A stretch of 64,000 nucleotides of DNA from Nemertoderma westbladi (Eukaryota; Animalia; Xenacoelomorpha). A program made the translations under genes and the position numbers. Numbering within the stretch: the stretch's first letter is position 1; the number at the start of each line of letters is the position of its first letter. This document shows positions 48,830 to 59,892 of the stretch, in pieces. Location of the stretch: contig JAUCBJ010006915.1 of assembly GCA_032718475.1 (NCBI GenBank), positions 1 to 64,000 of the forward strand, read 5' to 3'. The notes beneath the pieces were generated by a model. It was not told where the DNA came from and ran no database searches. It saw only the letters and a list, made by a program, of their open reading frames with translations.

Positions 48830-51800
48830 ATAATCGAATGAAAGTGGTCGTCCTTGACTTGACGCTTGTCTTGGACCTCTCCTCCTTGTTCCTTCCGTGA
48901 GCCTTGAGCTCAAACGGTCGTCGTTGTGGGCGCTGCGGTTCGCTGTTCCTCGATCCTTTTAGCGGTCAATGACCCCACTGGTACGTGAGTCAACAGGAAT
49001 TCGTTGCGGTATTGAATAGCCGCCATCCTCCAATCTCCTCGCGCGCGCACCACTTTCCTAGTTTCCGAAAACAAACCCTTCGTAATACGGTCGCAAATAG
49101 TAACAAAGTTCCAAGTGTACTTGTTATCCATATTTAGTTGTCTAAAGTATTCCCGAACGACTATGACTCCAGTGTTCTGTGGAAGGTCTTGAGCAGTTAG
49201 GATGAGCTCCTGATATTGGGGTAGCGACTGTAGATATGGCTCGTACGCAACATGTGACGGGTCTACCGCCCAAAATCCATATCCCGCCTTAAATGGTAAC
49301 CAACGCATCTGCGCTTGAATGTGGTAGTCAGCCACACTCTCCCACTTATCTAGCATCTCCCGAAGTAGGTTAGTAGGAACCATACCAGAAGTATGGTTCT
49401 GGAAGGAATCGTCTCGCAGTTGGCATCTCGCGCTACGATGTCCCTTTACTCCACAATATCCACATTGAGAGATGAAAACGGTGCACGTATGAAATGAATG
49501 GTCAGTCTCGTTACACCAACGGCAGACCTTATGTGCCGCCTCCACTACCGCGTCGCACGATTTTTGATTGTGCCTTGTGCTGCCGCACAACTTGCACCTA
49601 CGCGCTTGTGGAAACCAGGCCCTCTCGTATATGAGGTCTCCAATCGGTTTCGCACTTCCTTCTTTCCCAATGTCCAATACGATGTCGTCCTCTCCGGTCA
49701 GCGGTTGTCGATCCGGAACGAAGTAAACATCCTCGCCCTTGTCCTCTATCTCCAATATTTCCTCCCGCGTTCGTTTCGGATATGTCTTCTCCACCGGAAG
49801 ATCTACTCCAAACACCTCTACTAACGTCTACGGCCAACCCTCTAACAGGTCTATCAGCCTCCGAGTGGAAGGGAGTACCAAACCCGCGGGTTTGATTCCC
49901 GAACCACTTCTCCAAAGCTTCTGGCGTCGGATACTCCATCGACGGTCGGTCTCCCAAATCTCCGATATTCTGTCGATATATCCCTTCGAATATTGCTAAT
50001 CCTCTCCTAATCATCGACGTATTCTCTAGCGATTGGTTGAAGAACGGGGTTAAGAAAGGCTTCATCACGTCGGATTGGATTCCCCCTTTCGAGCGAACGT
50101 ATTGATCTCCTCCGAACACCAATGGATGACGCTTCAAAACTCGCGCAACGATATCCGCTAATAAACAAGTTACCGTGTTCGACTCAAGCACCAAATAATA
50201 TTGTAGTGACGCACGGGGTGGCGCGCATATGTTCCAATACACTAACGCTTGCCGCTTGAAGTGGGATTTGAACTCCGCTCCCGGTGGCGTGTTATATTCA
50301 CCATACGCCTCCTCATATTTCTTCTGCGTCTTCATCTTGAAGTCCCAATTATACAATAAATATGCTATGAAGCCCATACCAGTCTTGGCAGAGTTGGGAT
50401 ACTCCCTATAAATTCCCATGTCTTGTGCCCATAGCAACAATAGCTTGGTGTCGACAAACAGTCTCGGCAATCTATCTTCTAAATCAGTCATGGCGTTGAA
50501 GTCACTCTCCAAATCGCTCTGGACTCCCGATCCCACCTTGACGTAATCTTGGCTAAGAATCGCCTCTCTAACCTTCTTTGGTAGCATCCTGGCGTCGATA
50601 CGCTCCGCTCCATGCATACCTCCTCGCCTGCATACCTCCTAAATCTGTTCCCTAGGATCCTTCCCCTTCCGATATTGCGTCGTGATTATGGGCTCCGGTC
50701 TCTCTCTATCAGCTCTTACGCGCATAAACACATGAGTCACACCATCGACCACGCGAATTTGAATGCACCTACTAGTCAAGCATTCCTGATGAGACCCTCC
50801 TTCATTGTCGTAAAACATCACTCTCCAATCTTGCAGTGATTCCTCCGTTTTCCTCCACTGACGCTGAATCTCGTCGGATGGGGTTCACATGCGCTCGATA
50901 GCCTTGTGGTCGTCATATCGGGTGTAAGATCCCTTTCTCCTCAGCCACGTCTGGTCTATCTCCTCGTCATCTGGGAATGTAGCCACCGCGACCCATACCT
51001 TGATGTACTTGTCTAACCATCCAAATAACTTACTCTCTTTTCCCGGAGCTCCAATCTTATCCAATGTGTCGTAGTCTGTGATCTGCATCGGGACATCACG
51101 CAAGAACTTCGCGCATAAAACTTCCCGTAGACAGTCGACGTTCCAATGATCCGACATCCTCACCATCGGCAAGAATCTAATCGCTTCTCGCGACTCCGGG
51201 TGATCTACCAATATCGCAGGTTCGCTACCGTCGTAATAATACACCGGTCTTGGTTGAGATACGGCCAGTGGAACAAATCCGGTCACTCTCTTCGTCTCCT
51301 TTTGATGTCTATCCGCGGTCTTATTATATTCCGCTATCCGCGCTTCGAATAATTGCTTCGCTTTCGCCGCTCGCTCCTCCTGCCGCAACGCGTCCATGTC
51401 GTCCTGATGCTCAGGTGTGAGGGTTCTCGCTCGATGAGGCGAAGTAAACGTAGTCCAGGGACTCGAGAGCTCCAAACCCGCAGGTTTGGTACCCGAGTCC
51501 CGTGCCGCTTCGCGCCGCGCCTCTAGGTCCTTGTAGGCTCGGTACAGCGAAATGGCCGCTGCTGTCTCTATCAAACTAGGTGTCGAACAGGGTTTAATCT
51601 CCGTATATGGATCTAAAGTCGTAACGGTCAGCGTAATGGGTCTTGGAGGTCGCTTTCCGCTGAAGTCGATACTGATCATCGGGTTGCTCATTGGGTAACC
51701 TCCCTCATTATATCTAAGGAACTGGTGAGCTTGACATCGCGTTAATATCGGTTCAGAATGTTGGTCGTCCAATCGGTCGGGAATCGCCACGTCTTGTTTG

Positions 51801-52279
51801 TTCATGCATTCACCACATTTGTAGAACAGCTTGAGTATACTGAAGACCTTCGACGTCTCTTGATCCTCGCCTCGAGTCCTCCGATACAAATGCATTCCGT
51901 CGAACTGATCTCGGACTGCAGGTAGCGGCTCTTCGTGTCGTAAATACATGTTCATGTGGTACAACCGCGCAATCTCCTCATCCGGGTCTGCGCTAATGTC
52001 GCACACGTCTAACGCGAAATCGTAGGGATACCGAGTGCGATACTCTTTCCGCAAAACTTCCATACGGTCCCCCAACGCTCTCATTCTTTCCCTCCTTAAT
52101 TCTTTATCATAAGCGGGTTTATATTTCCCATTTAGCTCCATCACCGACCTCCCGTGGTAGTAAACATTCGAATCCTTACATCCCGGTCGGGCAAATGGCA
52201 GCTCCGCCTCCTCTCTGGCAGTAAATCCTCTCCGCGGTTGCGCTCTAATTTCCTTCTCCATTATGCCGCGTATATACAT
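48830..52279 (-). pseudogene. ORF3 of F: DEDDy exonuclease plus CCHC knuckles, frameshifted
   Basis: DGMHLYRRTRG, CGECM..RCQAH, MFYDNEGGSH, VKVGSGVQSDL, FVDTK, QYYLVLES, PIGDLIYERAW, CKLC/CRWC/CGYCGVKGHRSARC; RGRGRS tail in an alternative frame at ~48700. Confidence 0.85.
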
Positions 52280-53026
52280 ATATATCCCAATAAGGTTCCG
52301 TTACGTGACTAATTACACTGTGGGTAAATCAGTTAGATGTCGCCGAAGGACAGACCTCTTGAGCCCCCCCCCCCCCCCCCCCCCCCCGCCTTACAGCAGT
52401 TCAGGTTCGACTCTCTAGATCCCGTCTCATTCCTAACTATCCTCTAACCTATTCCCATGCATAGCGCAAAAACTTTGGAGGTAAACTGGCCGTGACCAAC
52501 TCACTTTTTGATGCCCAAACAACTCCCTTTACTTGTACTAAACTACAGTAGTTAGAAAGGACCATAGTCTCAATGCTCGACTATACCAAACCCATAGGTT
52601 TGATAATCGAACATCACACTTCACTGCAAACTACTGAGTGGGGTCCGTGTACTCCCTGGTGCTACTAACCTTTAGCACCTTAGTTGTACTGCTGGCACCA
52701 ATCTGTGGAAGTTGCTAAACTCAATTTACACTCCTACATAATATAGCCGTCACCATGGTTTCTAAATGCTATTTCCAGGCTTCACAACTTTTCAAATTAC
52801 TGTTTATCTATAGACGAATTCAAAACGCGTCTATACACAGCGTCTGGAATTGTCTTGGGTTCATTTCTAATTTTTAAAATTTTTTAATTTTCCAAAATTT
52901 TTGAAAATAAAATTTTGTTTTGATACCCACCAGACAAAACTCAACGCAAATCACCACAAACCTGCTCCTATGCATTTCCTTGTATTTGCATACGAGGAAT
53001 GCATACGAAGTGAGTTGCGTCCAACA

Positions 53027-54488
53027 CTAATTTTTGTTTGAGGCAGGAGACAAATTATAATCTCCTGTCTCGATGCGTGTCTCCTCTAATAACACGATAT
53101 CTTGGACCGGTCGGTCCAAGGTGTGTAAACCATTAGTTTTACACTTCTTTGGGTGCGGACACTTGCACCTAATTTTCACAGTGACTGTGCGCACTATGTT
53201 TTGCACGTCTGGGTGTATATGCAAGATGACTCCAGTCTCCCAATATTTTCTCTTGACAATAGGTTCGGTTATCAATACGTAATCTCCCCTTTGGAGACTC
53301 CGAACCGTTTTGTACCACTTTGTTCTGGTAGGTATGGTGGGAAGATAGTATTCCCGCCAATATTCCCAGAATGTGTACGCAACTAATTGTGTCACTTTCC
53401 AGCTCTTACGACTGTATAGGTCGGCACTAATGGGTTCTGATGCCGGCACAAGAAATGCTGGACTCTGCATTAGCAAATGATTCGGCGTTAATGCAACACC
53501 GTCTGGCAATATAGCTACCGGCCTCGAGTTTAGTGTATGCTCGATTTCGATGAAAGCTGTGACCAGTTCGTCATCGGTAAGTTGTTTGTTCACAGGCAAT
53601 GTTTTGGCAATGGCCTGCTTTACAGAGCGAACTAAACGCTCCCAACTTCCTCCTCTCCAAGGACTTTCTGGAGTATTGAATCTCCACTCTACTCTTTGCG
53701 GCAAAAGTGCTGCAGAAATTTCTTTATTCTGTGCCGCTTTATGAGCCGCGTTCAACTCGCTGTTCCCCCCGACAAAGTTTGTACCCTTATCGGAGTAGAA
53801 CGCCTTTACTAGTCCTCTCCTGGCCATAAATCTCTTTAAGGCCAGGAGCAGAGATTTGGTCGACATGTCTGCCACACGCTCAATGTGTATGGCTCTACTA
53901 GCCATACATGTCAGTAGCAGATGTCAGTCTTTGCTTCAATCGGACCAAAACAATCCACCCCTGTGTTCGTAAAGGGTGGGTCATATGCCTGCACTCTCGC
54001 TTCCGGGAGTTCAGCCATCTCCTGTTCCAATACTCTGGCGTTCACCATCTTGCAAACCAGACAGGCGTCGTACATAGTGCCGACTGCCCTGCTTGGCTAC
54101 AATAGAATGAATCACTGTCTCGCTGCCGACAAACAGTGTAACTTTCCCGTGTGATGCAACCTCTTGTGTATATCCCATAGAATCGCTCTTTGCAATTCTA
54201 TTGGGTGACTAGGGATTATCACTGGGAACCTAAACTGTGAATTTATGTCGACAGTCTGGATTCTCGATCTATGACAAATCAAACCCTTATGGATTAATGG
54301 ACTCCATTTTCTAAGGGGTTTATAGAGAACTGGTCGTTGAGCCGATAATAGATGGAATTCTTTCGGGAAGGCACACATTTGATAATGCTTCAAATGCTTT
54401 AATTCCGCTTGATCAATCTCATCCTCTGTCAGAGGTTGTTTCAATTTCTGAATTCGCTCACTATTAGTGCTTGTTCGTTCTCCTAAAT
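53027..54488 (-). pseudogene. pol: BEL integrase of F, disrupted
   Basis: HKRLHHTG, GVDCFGP, YSDKGTNFVG, WRGGSWERLV, DRPVQDIVLLEE; lesions at ~53910 and ~54110. Confidence 0.9.
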
Positions 54489-54493
54489 GTTCC

Positions 54494-54754
54494 TCTTCTA
54501 TTTCTATTTGTTTGTTGATCAAAATATAACATTAGGCTAGGCTTATAATAATATCTTTCATATCTAAAAGCATAATGTATATAAGCAAAATAATAATATC
54601 TGAAGCCCGTAGGCCTACTGTATTACAGTACTAAAGTTATATCATTAAGTAGGCTAATACATACATAATAAAAGTATATTGGTTACCGGTAGGTAATTCA
54701 ATAATCACCACTTCTATATATTTAATATGTAGAGGGAAATTCAAATACAGTACA
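54494..54754 (-). repeat. 3' LTR of G
   Basis: Appears identical to 59627-59887 by eye. Confidence 0.97.
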
Positions 54755-54777
54755 TCTCCATTCCCCGCTAAAGAGTT

Positions 54778-54896
54778 TTATATAAAATTTTCAAACTGAA
54801 ACTTTCTAAATTAAACAGATATAAAACTTTCAAACTGAAACTTTCTAAATTAAACAGATATAAAACTTTCAAACTGAAACTTTTTAAATTAAACAG
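54778..54896 (-). repeat. 42-bp tandem repeat (x3) at the 3' end of G
   Basis: atataaaactttcaaactgaaactttctaaattaaacag units. Confidence 0.85.
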
Positions 54897-57465
54897 AACC
54901 ATATCTGTCAGGAGCAGAACGTTCACGCGTACTTCGGCGCAATGGTGGTGTCTCAGTAAAGTTACTATTGTTCTCACCCGAGTTATTTTTATCATCGTAT
55001 TCGGTAAAATGATAGAAAGGTTTCAGAAATTTCCTATTGCGAAGGTATTCGTGTCCCTCGCTGAGAACTATATAAGAACGATCAGTGTTACGTTTCTTCT
55101 TAATTACTCCAAGTCGATCCCAACGTCCAGAAACTTGAATACGTACTGTTTCTCCGATAGCTAAAGGTTTCAAATCATGACCACCAAGAAGATCTCGGCG
55201 ATAGTTAGCAACAGTTTTTCGTTTTTCTTCAGCTTTCTTCAATTCATTTGGTTTAATGGTAGAATATGTTGAAGAGTGGGCCGGTGCCCGGGTTCGTTGG
55301 CTACGCCCAAAAAGCCATTGTGCTGGTGAAAGCCCATCATCGGAACGTGGCGTGTTTCTCCATTCTAACAGTGCCACTCCAAACGCTCTCTGGTTTAATC
55401 GCCCAGTACTGTTGTCCCAGTGTTTTTTTATAAGGTGTTTCATACTTTTAACGGCAGACTCTGCATGCCCATTAGACTCCGGGTAATAGGCTGACGATGT
55501 CTGATGGTCTATTCCATTGTCTATACAATACTTTCGAAATTCAGAACGGAATTGTGGTCCGCCATCCGTTCGCATTTTTTCGGGAATTCCATAGTCTCGG
55601 AACCACTGATCTATAACTTTAATAATATCTCCAGTATCTGGTGCCTTGGAGAGAGATGGTAAACCAACTACAGGCCAACCAGAATACCGATCAGCCAAAA
55701 CGATTAAGTGTCTGGATCCATATTCAAAGAGATCCATGGAGACATCTTCAAATGGTCGATTTACAAATGTCTGTTTACGAGTCTCAGATTTCTGACTTGC
55801 CTGTAACTGTTGACACTGTTCACACTGCAAAGTCACCTGTGCTATATCATTGGATAACCCAGGCCAATAATATAGCTGCCTAGCTCGGGAATAAGTTTTT
55901 AATTGGCCTTGATGAGCATAATGTAATGCATTCAATATTTCCTTCCTACAACCAGTAGGAATAATAATCCGGGATGCGTCTAGAAGAATTAAACCGGAGT
56001 TCACATCAACACTTAATTTAGCCCACTGGTTAGAATATGGCCGAGCAGGATGACTTATCGGCAAATTCTTAACAATCTTATTTGACAAAAGGGCTTCTTT
56101 TATAGCTAAATATGTAGCATCACTATTAGCTACTGATATAATCTTCTCCAGAGCTATATCATTTTTATTATCTTTGTCTTGTATGTCATTTGTTTCCTCA
56201 GAACTCATTACTTTATTAATGAAACATATTTCACTAACAGCCACATCTTCCTGATCTTCTGGAGAAGGGTCCTCTATTGGAGTTCGACTCAAAGCATCAG
56301 CAATCAAATGCTTTTTACCTTGTGTCCACTCGAGTTTGAAAACATAACCAGCCAATTTCTGTAAAATCCGCTGAAGACGAGGGTTATCTATGGCATCTAA
56401 TAATTTACCATTTACAATACCAAGTAAAGGTTTATGGTCTGTCACCACATTAAATTCAGTTCCAGCAAGGTACAATCGACATCTTTGTACTGCCCACTGG
56501 ATAGCTAACAATTCCAGTTCGCAGACTGCGTAGCGTGTTTCAGCATCACTTAAGAATCTGCTACCGCACTGAATGAGGTGAATAGCACCATCATGGTCAT
56601 GCTGAACCAAAGCAAATCCCAAACCTCCCACTCGCGATGCATCAGCTAGAAGCACTGTAGGAAGTGTATGATCAAAGTGGCGCAAAATCGGCGCTGATGT
56701 TAATGCTTGTTTGAGCTCCTCAAAGGCCAACTGATGTTCCTCCAACCACGCAAAATGATTTTTTTGCGAGAGTAATGGTCGTAGAGGTGTCATTAGTTGA
56801 GATACATGAGGTGTATACTGCGCCAACTGATTAACTAAGCCAAAAAGGCTTCTCAAATCAGTAATATTAACAGGAATGGGAAACTCTCGAATAGCTTCAA
56901 CCTTCCTAGGGTCTGGTTTAACTCCATTGCCACTTACTACTTGACCTACAAAATTAACTTCTAAGGCAATCTGAAACTTCTCTAACGATATCGTTATTCC
57001 ATGAGATCTACATCTTGTCAGTATATTTCTAACTCTGGTCTTAATGGTGTCCCAATCAGCAGCATGAACAAGAATATCATCAACAATCTTCTTATATCCA
57101 TGAAGTCCTTCTAGAGCTTTGTCTCCGCGCTCACAATACTCGTCGCCACTTGAAGCTAAACCCATTGGAGCACGAAGATAGCGAAATCGACCCCACGGGG
57201 TTAGGAACGTTGTTAATGCCCTACTCTCTTTTTCAAGAGCAACCTGCCAATATCCCTTGACAGCATCAAGGGATGCGAACCATTTTGATCCAGGTGGGAT
57301 TGTTGTCATGATCTCTGACGGTGTGGGAAAAGGGTGGATAGGTCGCTTTACATAGCGATTCAGCCCAGTATAATCCACAACTAAACGAACTTTGCCATTA
57401 GGTTTCCCCACTATGTGAAAAGGTGATACCCATTCGGATGACCATCGACTGGCTCGATAATACAC
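54889..57465 (-). CDS. pol: Gypsy Pol: RT-RNase H-integrase
   Basis: RLVVDYTGLN, LDAVKGYWQ, TPWGRFRY, IVDDIL, ADAS, TDHKPL, HYAHQG..CEQC, TDGGPQF, YPESNGHAE, RNRKFL. Confidence 0.95.
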   Translation of the reverse strand: MYYRASRWSSEWVSPFHIVGKPNGKVRLVVDYTGLNRYVKRPIHPFPTPSEIMTTIPPGSKWFASLDAVKGYWQVALEKESRALTTFLTPWGRFRYLRAPMGLASSGDEYCERGDKALEGLHGYKKIVDDILVHAADWDTIKTRVRNILTRCRSHGITISLEKFQIALEVNFVGQVVSGNGVKPDPRKVEAIREFPIPVNITDLRSLFGLVNQLAQYTPHVSQLMTPLRPLLSQKNHFAWLEEHQLAFEELKQALTSAPILRHFDHTLPTVLLADASRVGGLGFALVQHDHDGAIHLIQCGSRFLSDAETRYAVCELELLAIQWAVQRCRLYLAGTEFNVVTDHKPLLGIVNGKLLDAIDNPRLQRILQKLAGYVFKLEWTQGKKHLIADALSRTPIEDPSPEDQEDVAVSEICFINKVMSSEETNDIQDKDNKNDIALEKIISVANSDATYLAIKEALLSNKIVKNLPISHPARPYSNQWAKLSVDVNSGLILLDASRIIIPTGCRKEILNALHYAHQGQLKTYSRARQLYYWPGLSNDIAQVTLQCEQCQQLQASQKSETRKQTFVNRPFEDVSMDLFEYGSRHLIVLADRYSGWPVVGLPSLSKAPDTGDIIKVIDQWFRDYGIPEKMRTDGGPQFRSEFRKYCIDNGIDHQTSSAYYPESNGHAESAVKSMKHLIKKHWDNSTGRLNQRAFGVALLEWRNTPRSDDGLSPAQWLFGRSQRTRAPAHSSTYSTIKPNELKKAEEKRKTVANYRRDLLGGHDLKPLAIGETVRIQVSGRWDRLGVIKKKRNTDRSYIVLSEGHEYLRNRKFLKPFYHFTEYDDKNNSGENNSNFTETPPLRRSTRERSAPDRYGSV

Positions 57466-59399
57466 TTCCTCACCATGTCGTCAACCTCAAGTCTAGCTTT
57501 TTCTCTGTAGGCAAATGGAATTGCCCTTGCTGTAGTGACATGAGTTGGATTGATTTCAACATCATCCTTCAGATGAATTCGCATAGGGGCCCCTGTCATG
57601 GGCTTTAATTCAGTTTCACTATCGAAAACATCTTGAAATTCTATATTTAATTTCTTAATGAACTCATTTATTTCAGTTGAGGTTGGTTGATGATTGACAT
57701 CTGTGAAATGTACATGTTTTTCTGAAATAGTATTATTAATCACTATTTGTTTAACACCAAGATCATATTTCTTTATGATTCGTTCACTCAATGGGAATGA
57801 CTTATTAATAATATCAAGGTCAATTAAGGTATGCCAAGAAATTATCAACTCATCCTGTAAATCAGGAGTTATATATGCTGTAACAGTTGTTACACGATCA
57901 TACCAGGTAACAACTAGTTGCGTAGATCCGCTACATTGAAGCTCATGGCCACCTGCAGCAACTATTCGCCGTATATCATCAGTCTCACACTCAAATTTGA
58001 ATTTCTCAACTAGATCGGCAGATATCAGACAGTGAGATGCCCCAGAATCAGGTAAAATATCAACATTAAATGCCTGGCCTGGAGACCCATCTTCAGGATC
58101 CACACGTACTCGTGCAGTAGGTGTAGATCGACCATGGTGTGACATGGTTACACAAATGCGTATTATATTATTTTGAATCGGTTCTGCATTGCTGTTCCCA
58201 GATATAGATTTCTGAGATTTTCTATAATAGCAAACCTTACTGAAATGATTCTTACGTTTGCATTTATTACAAAATTTCCCATATGCTGGGCAATATTTAC
58301 CAACACCATGTTTTTCATTACCGCAATAACTACATTTGTCGGTTGATTCATTATTGCGAGCTCTGGACTGAGAACGCCCCCAATTTGAGCTTTGTTGTCT
58401 AGCATTTTTATTGCGTTTATAACTAGATGTAGAGGCTTTATTCACTGTAGCTTCGCTACTTCTTCCTCTATTCAAAGCCTTTTTGGCCGCAGCAGCAATT
58501 TCCCATGCTAAGCCTATTTCCATTATCTTATCATACGTAGGCTCTTTTATCTTTAAAAGTTCTTTTTGTAACCTGGGATGCTTAATAGCTCCACAAACAA
58601 TCTTTGTAGCCAGTAAATCTTCATATGGAAGCCTATCAAGCTCCGAATCTTGGCCAATTTGCTTCAAACGCACGATATAGTCACTGAAGAGTTCACCATC
58701 TGCCCATTCACAACTCCAAAAGTTGTGTCGGCGATTCAATACTGGCACCTGTCGAATAAAATGTTGCTCATAAAATTCGAGAACTTCCATTATTGGTGTA
58801 TCTACAAGAACTTTAAGAAGTTGTTCACCCTTAAGATCCATGGCTGGGTCAACACATGACCGAAGGTGTTAACGCTGAGTTGAGGCTGGCAATGCAGACA
58901 TCTGGTTGGAATTATAAAAGGACTCAAATCCTTTTCTCCAAACGCGGTATTCAGCCAAACTAGCTGATACAGATAAATTTATATGCGGCTTCAATGAAGT
59001 ATCTATCCTTGACGATCTAGGAGCTACAGCTAGAACTCCCGGTGGAGGCTTTGCATCAAACTGCCCTCGAATCTTCCTTATGAAGCTACAGAATCCATCC
59101 AGGATTTCATCTAGGTCGCAGTACTCGACCCACCCTTTATCTGTGTGTAGGTTGTCTTCATCGACACCTTCAACGTCCAGACATCTATCAACGGCTGCCT
59201 GATATGTATTCATTAAATCTCTAGCCTCTTTAACTGCTAACTCTGCAGTAAGCAAGTCACACAACCGGTAATCCGGCTGTTGGATTTCAGCCATTAATAT
59301 TTCTACTCGCGTTATGGCTTTTTGAGCACCAAAACGATATTGGCCACGGCTACGTCTTGCAGAAGTAATTTCAGCACCTGTACCTGTAGGCATAATCAA
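57411..59399 (-). pseudogene. gag: Gypsy Gag-protease with an in-frame stop (58869) and a frameshift into RT (~57440)
   Basis: Mag-type double knuckle CSYCG..H..CPA..CNKC..HF..C; protease LPDSGA; IIEPVD|SEWVSP split between frames. Confidence 0.9.
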
Positions 59400-59626
59400 G
59401 CTGTTTAGCCTATCTACTTCGATACTTTAGCTCCGCTGGTCATATATATTGGCCTACTTTCAACGACACAGTACTCTGTACTGGACAGTCGGTACCGGTA
59501 CAGCGGTAGGCCTGTTTATTTATTTTTTTGATCACCGGTACCACGATTTAGGTTTAACTACCGGTCACCGGTCTGCCGGTGTTCATTGCAGCATTGTCGG
59601 TAAATACTGAAATACTCGCAGCGCCA

Positions 59627-59887
59627 TCTTCTATTTCTATTTGTTTGTTGATCAAAATATAACATTAGGCTAGGCTTATAATAATATCTTTCATATCTAA
59701 AAGCATAATGTATATAAGCAAAATAATAATATCTGAAGCCCGTAGGCCTACTGTATTACAGTACTAAAGTTATATCATTAAGTAGGCTAATACATACATA
59801 ATAAAAGTATATTGGTTACCGGTAGGTAATTCAATAATCACCACTTCTATATATTTAATATGTAGAGGGAAATTCAAATACAGTACA
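59627..59887 (-). repeat. 5' LTR of G
   Basis: TGTACTG...AGAAGA, immediately followed by the PBS. Confidence 0.97.
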
Positions 59888-59892
59888 GTTCC

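Larger units (their letters stand above)
54494..59887 (-). mobile_element. Complete Gypsy (Mag-like) LTR retrotransposon G nested in F
   Basis: 261-bp LTRs at 54494-54754 and 59627-59887, 5-bp TSD GTTCC, PBS TGGCGCTGCGAG (tRNA-Ser-like), PPT GCGGGGAATGGAGA. Confidence 0.97.
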
